Origin: Azolla caroliniana
Lineage: Eukaryota; Plantae; Polypodiophyta
Direction: 5' to 3'
DNA: 64,000 nt
Assembly: GCA_043228905.1 (NCBI GenBank)
Contig: JBHGNT010000021.1
Location: forward strand, 1,798,001-1,862,000
Below are positions 1 through 11,688 of the stretch, piece after piece. Below the pieces are notes generated by a model. It had not been told where the DNA came from, ran no database searches, and saw only the letters and a list, made by a program, of their open reading frames with translations. Position numbers and translations under genes: made by a program. How positions within the stretch are numbered: the stretch's first letter is position 1; each line of letters starts with the position of its first letter.

Positions 1-340
1 ATTGTCAATAGTTGCTACAAAGCTTCATTCATTTCTTCATTTTCTTCATGAGGAGAGTTTGATATTCACATCAAGGAGCTTGAGAGGGTGTTCTCGTAAG
101 ATCATTTGGGGTCCCACAACAACTATTACATCATCAAATATATGGTGAAGTTTGAATGTTGTATCGTAAGCGTCAAATAGAGTTTGGTATTGTCATAGCT
201 TTGTAATAGGGGAAATGTGGAGAGAAATAGAAAGACCAAACAACATGAAGTTAAATTGATTGGTTATAGTGATTAAATAGATTGAATAAAGTAACACAAC
301 TAATAATATCAAAATTAAGCGATAGTCTAGACAAAAATTG

Positions 341-1319
341 TGTAAGGAACCCTTAATTATCATGCAATTAGCTCAAGTATAACAATAACAATTTCACTAA
401 TCAAGGTGGTTTTATCCTTGAATACATTGTACCTTGATCTACAACCTCTTCAAATTTTATCACAAGGATTGCTCCATTCCTCCTTTTGAAAATATTTGCT
501 TGCTTCCTTGCTACCAATTTTTGAAAGAGGTACGGTTAATGCCAAGTTTAATATGGTCTCACATACGTACATTTGAAGGGTGATTCCTCATCGATTCATT
601 TACGTCAAGGCTCGTGTGGGGTAATGTCGTATTGTTGGAAAAACATGTGTGAGAGAGTGTCAAGCACTCTTGAGCAAACTACTCTCACACTAACTATGAT
701 ACCTTGCTTGATTAATTACACTTATTTGCTTAAAGACTTCACCTATGTTCTTAAATTGATAAATTAGTGAACACGCAATCCTAAGGCAGAGACTTAGGGT
801 AATGGTCAAATATTAATTAAGGTGGGAGGGATAAAGAAAAAGACTAAGGCTATACCTACGAAGAGATGAAGAAACTTGGATTAGAAAGATCCACAACAAC
901 GTCTTGTGAAAGATCCGGAATTCCACACATTCCATATTAGAGATTTGTATTAATGTAAGCAAAGGATAAGGATAAACGATAGATCTAGATAGAGAGAAAG
1001 AAGGGTGTTGATCCCCCCGACCACCCCTCGAATGAAGGGATCGAGACGGACTCGAGCCTCGATCGGCGTCCCATACCACCGTCGTGGCGTCAAGTCGTAC
1101 CTGGTGTTGGCGCGCTCGCTACAAGAGTTGAACCACCAAGAAACAGAGTCTCGACGTAGTCAAAAAGATGATGAAATGAGGGTAGCTAGGCCTCTTATTT
1201 ATAGCGATACCCAAGGCCCCCATGCAAGTTAACACTTGGCCAACATTCCATTATGAGTTTACTAGCAAATGTTGGCTTGGTTTGCTTAGATTTTCTAAGA
1301 ATTTTTCTTCAATCCTACA
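341..1319 (-). mobile_element. Possible LTR/solo-LTR-like segment
   Basis: Near-inverted termini (tgtaagga...tcctaca), a TATA box on the minus strand (ctataaataag ~1195-1205) and a CpG-richer core. No TSD found; boundaries uncertain. Confidence 0.3.
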
Positions 1320-1399
1320 CTTGGATCCATTACCACGTCTTATAAGAGTGGTAGGTTCATTTTCTCATCCATTTCAACTTGGATTGTCCTGATCATGAT

Positions 1400-2820
1400 C
1401 ATCTATATTAGCATTTGCCTATTTGTGGTGCCATGACCCTATTTCATCAAATACCACATCTCCTCTTGTGTGTACCTTCTTTGTAATCAATTTGTGGCAT
1501 TTGTAGCCCTTCTTCTCTTCAAATCTCTCAAACTATACACTTTTCTCTACCTTTGGCACCATATTGCTTCTAACATCTTCTAGATATATTTGTGTGTACC
1601 TTCTTTGTAATCAATTTGTGGCATTTCTAGCCCTTCTTCTCCTCAAATCTCTCAAACAATACACTTTTCTCTACCTTTGGCACCATATTGCTTCTAACAT
1701 CTTCTAGATATATTTGTGTGTGCCTTCTTTGTAATCAATTTGTGGCATTTGTAGCCCTTCTTCTCTTCAAATCTCTCAAACAATACACTTTTCTCTACCT
1801 TTGGCTCCATATCGCTTCTAACATCTTCTAGAACATAAACTTTCAAATGCAAAAGGTTTCGCTTCTTTTGGAAATATTCGTTGACTTTCACTTAGTTGCC
1901 ATTGTGCACCTATTCATAACATGCACCATTTTCATTTGCCTCTTTTGCATAGTAGTTATTGGACATGAGCATTATCTTTTCTTGCAAAATGACCTGAATT
2001 ATGTTACTAATGGTGGAATTTTTTGTTCCTTTACTTATTTATGTTGTCATGTATAATTGCATATGTATTTTTGTTGGATTCCTCGATCATTCACAAAGTT
2101 TACAAGCTCACACGATAAATACTCTCCACCTCAATCAAAATTGAAATAATTCTCTTCCAATCACTTCAATGTGTTGAGTGCTCAAATATTCCACTCATGT
2201 GCTTCATGAACTATATCCTCGTTCATTTAAAACAATCATCCACAAACGTTATAAAGTACTTCAGTCCATTGATCAAGGAGTTGCTAAATGTTTGCACATG
2301 CCATAGTAGACTAACTCAAGTATATTTTTTCTCACATTTCCTTCATAAAAAACAAATACATGTCTTATTTTCCAAGTCGACATGCTAAACCTCATTGTAT
2401 CCATTTTTTCTAGCTTTTGCACGAGTCGCCGTTAGATATATCACATATTTGGCAACTAGATTCTCAAAATTCCTCTCAAGGTACTCACAATAACCCTTTC
2501 CCATTAGGAAATTTGTCATTCAATATTTCCATACCCTAAAGTGGATTGCACGGAGCTTCTCAATGATTATTTGATCATTGTGTGCATGAGTCTTGTAGAC
2601 AACTTTCTTCTTCACCTCTTATTCTTTTATTCGATTGTCTTTTTCACTCGTCTTGCTTGTTCAGTTGCTGTCTTGTCTTGCTCGTTCCCTTTGTTGGCTT
2701 GTCTTACTCGTTTTTCTTGTTAGAATAGTTTGCCAGTGAATCTCCTTGATTGTCTCTATGATATACCACCTTCAAGAATTGGATCACTTTCTTTGGCTGG
2801 AGAAGCCCATGTTCTGATAA
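1400..2820 (-). mobile_element. Degenerate Ty1/Copia remnant (gag to post-integrase region)
   Basis: Minus-strand translation gives PKVEKSVLF..EEKKGYKCHKLITKK and GDVVFDEIGSW, resembling the Copia 'LDPKAEKCIFVGY..KGYKCY..RDVVFDE' motif. A decayed PBS-like sequence lies at ~2810 (gttctgataa). Many stops. Confidence 0.6.
1466..1832. repeat. Tandem repeat, 124-bp unit x3
   Basis: ttgtgtgt(a/g)ccttctttgtaatc... recurs at 1466, 1590 and 1714 with few substitutions. Confidence 0.95.
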
Positions 2821-5800
2821 TGAAAGTTAATTGAACTTTCTCTTGAACTCTACGTATGCCACCAATACTATTTCAATGGGTGGATTCCACCTAGTCAATT
2901 GTGTCAATTTTTTACTGTGTTTGTGTCATCCATGTAAAAATCTTCCAACATTTTTTCCCTCAAAATCCATCCACCTTGTACGCCCTACTTAAACCTACCG
3001 ACTCCATTTCACATGTATGAATATACTACATTGTTGAAGCAAGAGATCATCCCCACATTACATACACCTTGTTATTGCATCTATTGTGTGTAAGATTCTA
3101 GATGATACGATTTAAAATTTCATCTTATGTTTTTTTAAAAAGGAACTCTAAACTTGAATGATTAGAATGATGTCCAATTTGTACACCAAGAAGATGTTTC
3201 ATATGCTATCGTGTTTCATGTTAACTCTTAAGTCACGACTCCCAAGTATCACAATTTCCGTCATGGTATTTACCCCTCCTCCGTTATTAACAAGCACAAC
3301 AAAGGTCTAATACTCCACATAAAAAGTTTCATGAACGAGACCACGTTGTGCTTACATTCCCTCTCCCCCCATTTAACAAGTTTCATGAATGAGACCTCGC
3401 TATGCTTACATTCCCTTCTTAGGAAGGAGATGCGCATCAAGATAACTTTCGTGCTCGGGTCCTATGGGTCACTATTGGCCTCTCTATGGACGCTAGAAAT
3501 ATCTATCTATGAATTGTTTGATACTATTTTTCCGAGTTGTAGACATGTGCCATGACATCGAGAAAGTCCAATCCTCAATATTTCGCTAGGAATCTTAATT
3601 TCTCTTCAAGCATTTAATAACCTTGGGTCGAGCATTTCACCAATGGCCTTGACCCAATAATTGTAGATTGGTCATTCATTGTACATGGTTTGCTAGGGCT
3701 TTGATTGTCTCATTTAGCAATTCCACGAGTGTAGGAAATCTTTACGATTACAATGACCTACTTGGACATTAAATGGCACACACCTCACTTGGATGTGTGT
3801 CCCCACTTTCACTATCACATTCAAAATCAAGATAACTACTCAAAAAATAGAAATTCTTGGAATAAGGACATGAATTTTTTTTTGTGATTCGCTCTAATTT
3901 GGAGTATCACCCTCACACTTGGCATGTAACACAATTCATTCAAGATATGATGACATATTAAGAGGGAGTGATAACTTAAGTGCCATACTTAAGACACCGC
4001 CTAGAAGGTTGAGCTAATACTTGTAAGCGTTATTCACATATAGAAACTTTGTGCTTCAATGTATGAATACCCCTTTTTATGAAGGAGATGCATCAAGACC
4101 ACATGTATACTCTGGTCCCATAGGTCAAAATTGGCCTCTTTATGGACGATGGGAAAAAATCTAAAGTCTAAACCATTGACACAATCTTAGTTGCAAGTTG
4201 CAACCTCTATTGCGTTTCAATCCCCAAGCACCATAAAATTAGTTCACAGTTAGAATTTGTTATTGTCGAGCCATGTATTCAAATTAAGGTGAATAATAAC
4301 TCATGTGTTTTGGAAATGAGTGTGTTATTTATTCAATGAATGTACATTTTCACGAGGTTAGTGTACCATTGAATAATACTCAAGCTGGGCAATGATCCCA
4401 TGCATGTGTCAATACTTGGACATGATGAAAAGGTTAAGCTAATGAGATCTAACACTAATCGAAATGATCCTAAATCAACCATATCACGGAGCTTATAAAT
4501 ATTTTAAAGGAATCAAATTCACATCCTTGTATCAATGGTTATGTTTCCCCAAGAAAGAAATAAGAAAATAACTTCCTATTAGTTATTCGAACTCATGCCT
4601 TTTGTTTTGTCTTGAAAAAGACAATATGCTGACTTTCTTAGTTCTCAACGACTTGGAAGAACTTTGAACACTGTCAAAGTTGATTGTACTAGCTTGAAAT
4701 ACAATAACTTCATGCTACTTGTATTTTGAAACGTGCCTTTAATTATATCTCAATTTTGCACAACGAGTCCATCTCTCCTTACCTTTTTTGTGGTAGGTAA
4801 ACCTTGAGTTTTAATTACTAAGTATCGCTTTAGGAAGAACGGGTAAGACTTATATAGAATATTCACAATAAAAATTGGAGATGTACATATAGACATACAT
4901 TAGTAGAGGATTGTGTATCAATTTGCATCCATGTGCACACCCTATTATATAAACGTACTATACAATCATGATACTATTCTACCCCTTGTAAAAAAGGCAA
5001 CTTATGTCACGTAAGAAAATGTTGTACGACATATAAATACATCGTCCATAGAGCTTGGGGAATACCGATGATTTTACTTTTGATAAGAAATAGGTGCAAT
5101 TTATCCACCCATGCAAATTCTCAGTAGAGCTTATGTCGTGATCAAGATGAATGTTAGATGAATTAATTGTGAAAGTTACTATGTAAAACTTCTAGGATGA
5201 TAATGAACAATATATTATGCAATGAAAATATTGATAATAATAGTGGAGATTAAGGTCGTTTTTAGGTAGTTTGGGAATATATCAAACAAAATTGGAGGCA
5301 TAGTGATCCTTCTTATGAAAAGAATAACATTAGATGATTCTTGATGAGTAGAATTCAAATATGTTCTTAAATTTTTGGATATCGTATGTTGAAGTTATTG
5401 AATGTGTTAGTTCGATTCTTTTTGAAATTTCAAATGGAGCTTTTCAAAAAGAATTGAAATTGAAGACCGTTACTCCATCTAACGGAGTGAATGCAAATGG
5501 TCCATTTAATGCAGAACTTACAATAATCAATGTGATGGTTCTCAAGTGGGTTGATCATAATGCATACCACCTTGGAGCCCTACCTTCGAGGGTGCCACAA
5601 AATATACAAACTATTACATATTTGTTTCTAGATTCCATCATCTCTTAAAAATATGTCCTTACATACTAAGACCTCTTCTAGTGTCTAAGCCAAGGATTAC
5701 ACCAAAGCCCAATGCTAAATTGTCTACTCATCATATGGATGGTTGACGCTTTACATCTTTAACACTCGGATACCTTCGTGGAAATGTACATTTCAGTTAC

Positions 5801-5943
5801 ATAATTCTAACTTGCGGTTTAATGATGATCATGCCATGATTTTTAAATTTGTTGCCTTGCTAGGATTCACCTTGAACCCACATGTTTCTCTCTCTAATAA
5901 TATCTTCACACCCATTTTTAAACCACACATCTTGTTTTTAAAG

Positions 5944-6182
5944 AAATCTAACTCGCATATCAAGAGTATCAAGATAGAGGGAGATTGAGAATTACCATTT
6001 CACGAAGATATCTCTCTAAGCGCAAACAAAAATCTAACTTGCATATCAAGAGTATCAAGATCAAGAGAGATTGAGAATTACCATTTCACGAATAGATCTC
6101 TTAAAGCCCAAACAAAAATCTAACTTGCATATCAACTGTATCAAGATAGAGAGAGATAAAGAATAACGGATTCACAAAGAGA
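5944..6182. repeat. Tandem repeat, 86-bp unit x~2.8
   Basis: aaatctaact(c/t)gcatatcaa... recurs at 5944, 6030 and 6116. Confidence 0.9.
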
Positions 6183-7203
6183 TTACGTAATGTTTAGAGT
6201 CTGCGAATCACGGTCTATCGATGGAGTTGAAGCCTAGATAGAACATCTGATAATCACGGCAATATTATTATTACTAAAGTATGTAAATTATAATATAAAG
6301 TATTTGCTTGAGGGTAGAACTCATATATTTCAAAACGTGTAAGGGTATACATGATATTACTTAAAAATGAAAGTGAATTGTTTATATATTCCATTTAAAT
6401 ACATGAAGGATATATAGTGGAACTTTCTTCTATCTTAATGGAGAAATCGTTATGTGTCATAATAAAATATTGTCTCCAAAAGAGTTGAATTAAATTCAAC
6501 ACTTTTTCCAGGCTTTATTAGCAAGAAAACTATGTTCACAGCATGGGAAAATGCTCATGAAACTTGAAAGACTTGCATATAAGAAAGAGGTCTCTAGGTG
6601 GGACCTGAGTGTGAGTAGGAGTGAAGAGAAATACAAAGTAATGGAGTGTAACTTAGACGTTAAGGGAAAACCCAACAATTGTTGATGAATAGATTATAGA
6701 AGTATTCAATCATAGGAAGAGAACCATGTACACAAACACGATTACAAACTTGATGCAATTGGGGTGGTGGTGGTGGTTAAAGAGAGATTGCCATTTTCCT
6801 TGTCTTCTCTTCTTCTTCTTTTTTCTCTCTTTTTCGAGTACAATGGTTGGTAAATAGGATTACATTTTGATTCTTCTTCTTCTTCTCGAGTACAATGGTT
6901 GGTAAATAGGATCACATTTTGAATTTTCTTCTCCCTAAGGAGAGAGAAGCATCATCCCCAACCCACGAGTGCCGGATCAGGTTTCTCTCTTCTTCATGAT
7001 CTCTTCCATTTTGTTTCATTTGTCTAGTCCTTTGGGTGTCATGGATGTGACCGCTGACAATGTTAGGCAATGGATGCCGATTCCGATACACGTTGCCCCA
7101 GAACCGGCCATTTGACTTCAGGCCTCCGGTACGACAATCAGACAATACATTATAAAAAACATTACAACACAGTTTCTACATCTACAAGGCCACACTACAA
7201 GGC

Positions 7204-7562
7204 CACACACACACACACATTCTCTCTCTCTCTCTCTCCAACACACACACACATTCATTCTCTCTCTCTCTCTCACACACACACACATCCATTCATTCTC
7301 TCTCTCTCTCTCACACACACACACATCCATTCATTCTCTCTCTCTCTCTCACACACACATTCATTCTCTCTCTCTCTCTCACACACACACACTCATTCTC
7401 TCTCTCTCTCTCCAACACTCACACATTCATTCTCTCTCTCTCACACACACACATTCATTCTCTCTCTCTCTCTCTCTCCAACACTCACACATTCATTCTC
7501 TCTCTCTCTCTCTCTCCAACACTCACACATTCATTCTCTCTCTCTCACACACACACATTCAT

Positions 7563-7594
<32 letters not shown>

Positions 7595-7603
7595 TCATTC
7601 TCT

Positions 7604-7637
<34 letters not shown>
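7204..7637. repeat. Compound (CA)n/TCAT/(CT)n microsatellite array upstream of RIC
   Basis: Repeating pattern acacac-attcattc-tctctc seen directly. Confidence 0.95.
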
Positions 7638-7638
<1 letters not shown>

Positions 7639-8144
7639 GCTTGTGCCTTCTTGACTCAAAGAAAACCCCAAGGCATTTATCCCCTGTTTTTGGTTATGGC
7701 AAGAGGAAATAAAGAATAAGAAAACGTTTGGGTTTCTGATTGTTAGTAGATGAATCATCGCCTTTCTTGTTCATCAGAACTCTTCTTCCATTTGCCTCCA
7801 TTTTTATGAAGAAGAAGAAGAAGAAGAGTTGGATTCTTCTCTAACATTGAGGTACGTTTACTCAAATGTTTTTTGAGCTACATTGAAGTTCTCCTTACTA
7901 CCCATATAATGAATTCATGCCTCACTTCCAACATAGTCTCTGTAGATATCAAGACGGATTCAATGTGTTACCTTTCTCTTATATATATATATATTTTTTT
8001 TTATGTAGGTTCTCCAGTGTTCTATGAGGAATTCCGTTGTTTCTGAGCTATATTTTATTGAGCACTTTAAGAGGACCCAAAGGAAATTTTTAAACCAAAT
8101 TTGGCATCATCACAGTTTCTACAATTTCCAAGCTGTATATTGTC

Positions 8145-8198
8145 ATGGTGAGTTATGTGACATTGAGATGAATGGAAGAAGCTATAACGTGGATGGGT

Positions 8199-8236
<38 letters not shown>

Positions 8237-8258
8237 CGTACATATTTGTGTGTCTGTT

Positions 8259-8297
<39 letters not shown>

Positions 8298-11200
8298 GTA
8301 TATGTATGTGTGAATTATATTTATACGCATATGCACATGTGTATGTATTAAACGTAGACAGAGATCCACTTGTTGGTTTATCTAGGATGAAAAATTTCCA
8401 TTTAAAATCATTTCTTTTTGCAGGAGGATTGTAAGAGCAGATTTTAATGATTATTAAAGGTCCTACTCTTACAGAGAGTAATCATTGAGGATGAAGACTC
8501 TCGATTGGCCTCCAAATTTTGTGGTGAGGATGATGAACTTGGCAAACTAGTGAAACAATCTGTCGCGAAATAGGACTCCGTATTATGTGCTTGTTTTTGT
8601 TTCTTAGTTTCCTCCAGTGCTGTATACAAACACAGAAGCCTTTTAGACATTCTCCCTACTATAATTCCTTGGAATATGCACGTGGACAAACATGAGAACT
8701 GGTGTCTTTTTAGTTTTCCACATCAGAAACATTGGCTCTCCAATTGCCTACATTGTAAAAATGTGGGCTCACTGTACCTAGCTAGGTATGTACAGCCTCA
8801 CCTGGAGAAAGCTCATATTGTTGATCAAGTTAGGGGGTAACATGGACTATGGGATTGGTAACTTTGCTCGGAAACAAGGGGGAATGCAGCCTTCTCGATT
8901 TCCCACAAGGAAAACCTACAGGATGGTGGATTGTTTACTTTGCTTTGTGGGAAAGTGGCCCCCTGACACCTAGTCAAGCATTGTTCTTTTTTGACTGTTG
9001 AAACTTATAGTGTTCAGCAAATTCGGGAACTTCTAGGAGAGAAGCACGAGGGAATGTGCGCTTGTTGGATTTTCCACATGGGAAGTGTGGCCCCTCACCC
9101 CACGCCACACCTTGCTTGGTGTGTTTCATGTCCCATGTCGAAGCTCATAACGTTGAATACCATAACTACAATGAAACATGAGGGAACATCAGCTCTTTCT
9201 CACATAGGAAAACCATCAAAAGACATCTTGTGACATATATAGCACCAATGGATGTATATAGAAAATAGATGGATAGAATAGATTTTATCATCGTCCTCAG
9301 GGGTCAAATAAATGAATTTTTTTCATGTAGTGTGTGTGGAATTGGTAAGTAAGAGAATCTTGATCTAATGAATATTTCATTTGAGAGTGCACATATGTTG
9401 ATGGACAGAGGAAGGTGTGTAGGTATGTCAGGGTTAAGAATGTGTGGAAGGTGAACGCAAGTGTGATCTAATGGTTGAGCATTGCAATAATGTGATACTC
9501 GGACTGGTGAACTTGTTTGAGCCAAAACATGCATGCATGTGTGGATGAGTGTAAAATTGTCTTAAAAGTGAACTTTTTTTGTGTTCTTATGGATAGGCAA
9601 GATGTCCTGTGAAACTTTTTGAAGCCGTTGGAGGAAGTAATGCTTCTTGGATTTCAAGTGGCACATCTGGAGAATTCTACATGAGACCTTTGGGAAATGC
9701 TGCCTTATATTTTCAACTCCGAGACTTGTTGGTAATAGGTTTTTCCTTATTATGTTTCCTATTTGAGAAAGACTCTGAATTATGCCTTATTTCCCCAGAT
9801 GCCCGGGGGTTTCTCATGGTTTAACCTTTCTATTTATCATATTATTTACTCATTTGGAATGCACAAACTATTTTGTTTTCACATTGGCAGGATAATCAAA
9901 TACTATTTGAGCATACAATGCATAAGCCCGAGTCTTTCATGGTATCAGCAAAGCGATTCTTCGTAATCCGCTTGGAGGCATGTGTCTCTCTTTATGTAGT
10001 ATAATATCTTTACTGAAGTTGTATATTTAGTATCGATCCTAAAGATGATCAATAATTCTATTGGTTGATTTACAGAATGGGAGTTTCCGAGGATTTGGCT
10101 TTGCTGATGGTAATGCAGCATTCGAAATGAAGAAACAAATACAAGAAGCAATCAAGCCCTATGACATTCAAGACTATGTTGATGGAGAGAGATCCATAAT
10201 AAGGGAAACTCAAGTCAATAACGAGTTAATACAAGTCTCAATACCAGATCAAAATACTCATGCAAACACATCCTCTACTGCTGTGACATCATATGGAACT
10301 CTACCAAAAAGCTCCTCGAGTAGGCAGAGTTCGACCGAGTTTATGCAAGGTAAACAAAGAAAAATCATTTTAAAAATATATAGAAAATTATGTTTTGCAT
10401 TGTCAATGAAAGTTTTTCTCGTTTTTGGGCTCCAGAACAACCATCATCATCACCAACAACATTCAAGAGAAAAACAAAACAGAACTCACCCCATTTCAAG
10501 TGGAGACTTGTCTTCAGGGGACATTTACCCAGATTCTCGCCTCGGAAGGGTCTAACTTCTCTTTCACAGATGCTGGGTAAGTACTTATATTGGTATCAGT
10601 GTTCAGGTTTATTGTTTAGGTGGATTTCACCAATTGTAGGCAAACTTTTTATTGTTTTCGTAATATATTGGAATATCAAAACAGGGTGGAAGGAAGAAGA
10701 TATGGAGATTGGATATCCAACTGATGTCAAACATGTCGCACACATTGGCTGGGATGGACCATCTGTAGGTGGACCAAGCTGGGTCTGTGATTAATGTCTA
10801 TATCTCTCTATGTATCATTCTTTGTACAAGTAGGAAAGAATTGATTCTTTAGAAAGCACTGCCTATATAGATACATATATATATATCACAAGCAGTGTAT
10901 TTTTTCCATGTGTGGAAAAAAGTCTACATTCTTCCCCATTTGGGAAGTTAAAAGACCCCAGTTTCCATCTAATAAAATGTTCACAACATTACGCACCTCC
11001 ATTGGCAAGGTGGAGCAAGCCTATACTATCTGTGTGCGGTGGGGGCAAGGGGTCCATTTTCCTGTATGTTTAGAAATGAATTGTTTCTCCCAGTTTTCCA
11101 CGCAACTGACCGCACCAAGTTAGGTCTGCTCTGCCGTGCCTCTCTAATAAGCTCAAAAATGTTTTGTGTCCTTATCAGACACGATGCCTGGAGTGTTATA

Positions 11201-11688
11201 TTGTGACGAAGTGTGTAAGAAAAGCCTGTTATGGCTGTAATAATAGTAGTGATTTGTGGAGAACTGCTCACCGACTTGTATTGGTTTTTTATTACTTTAT
11301 TTGTATAAAAAGCAGATCAATGAGCTCAAGCCAGCTCCTAATTTCTCGTTAGGGCCTCTTCAAGAGTTTGGACAACCTCAAGGCCCTGAATGGATACATG
11401 ATGCCCTCTCAGCATCCCAATGGACTACACCAGGTACATCATTTCTTCATGTAATCTTTGAACCCTTTTTTTACACGTCAAATAATTCAAATAAGTGGTC
11501 ACTTCACCCTGAATATATGTATATGTATGTATTCAGAATTGCGAGAAAAAAGTTGCCATCCAATCCCACCTATGCCGCCTGGAGAATTTTTGGATTCAGA
11601 TCTTCTTAACTTGCAAGGGCAGAAGAGAAAGTGGAAGATTTTTAGATTAAAGAACAAGCTCAAGCCTGATACAAATGCACAATGTTAG
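8145..11688 (+). CDS. RIC: RIC-type CRIB-domain ROP effector with N-terminal WH1/EVH1-like domain (~340-355 aa, spliced)
   Basis: Phase-consistent exons 9331-9344, 9597-9731, 9891-9977 (GC donor), 10076-10349, 10436-10576, 10685-10782, 11316-11433, 11537-11688 (TAG). CRIB motif [19 protein letters not shown] followed by PSW-INELK is typical of plant RICs. Start is uncertain: ATG 8145-8147 at the end of an exon, then either 8424-8430 or 8475-8523. Confidence 0.85.

Noticed and set aside
4850-5940. Possible decayed DNA-transposon or viral coding sequence
   Set aside because: No diagnostic motif could be read with confidence in any frame.
7070-7654. 194-aa His/Ser/Leu/Thr ORF
   Set aside because: Translation of a microsatellite array.
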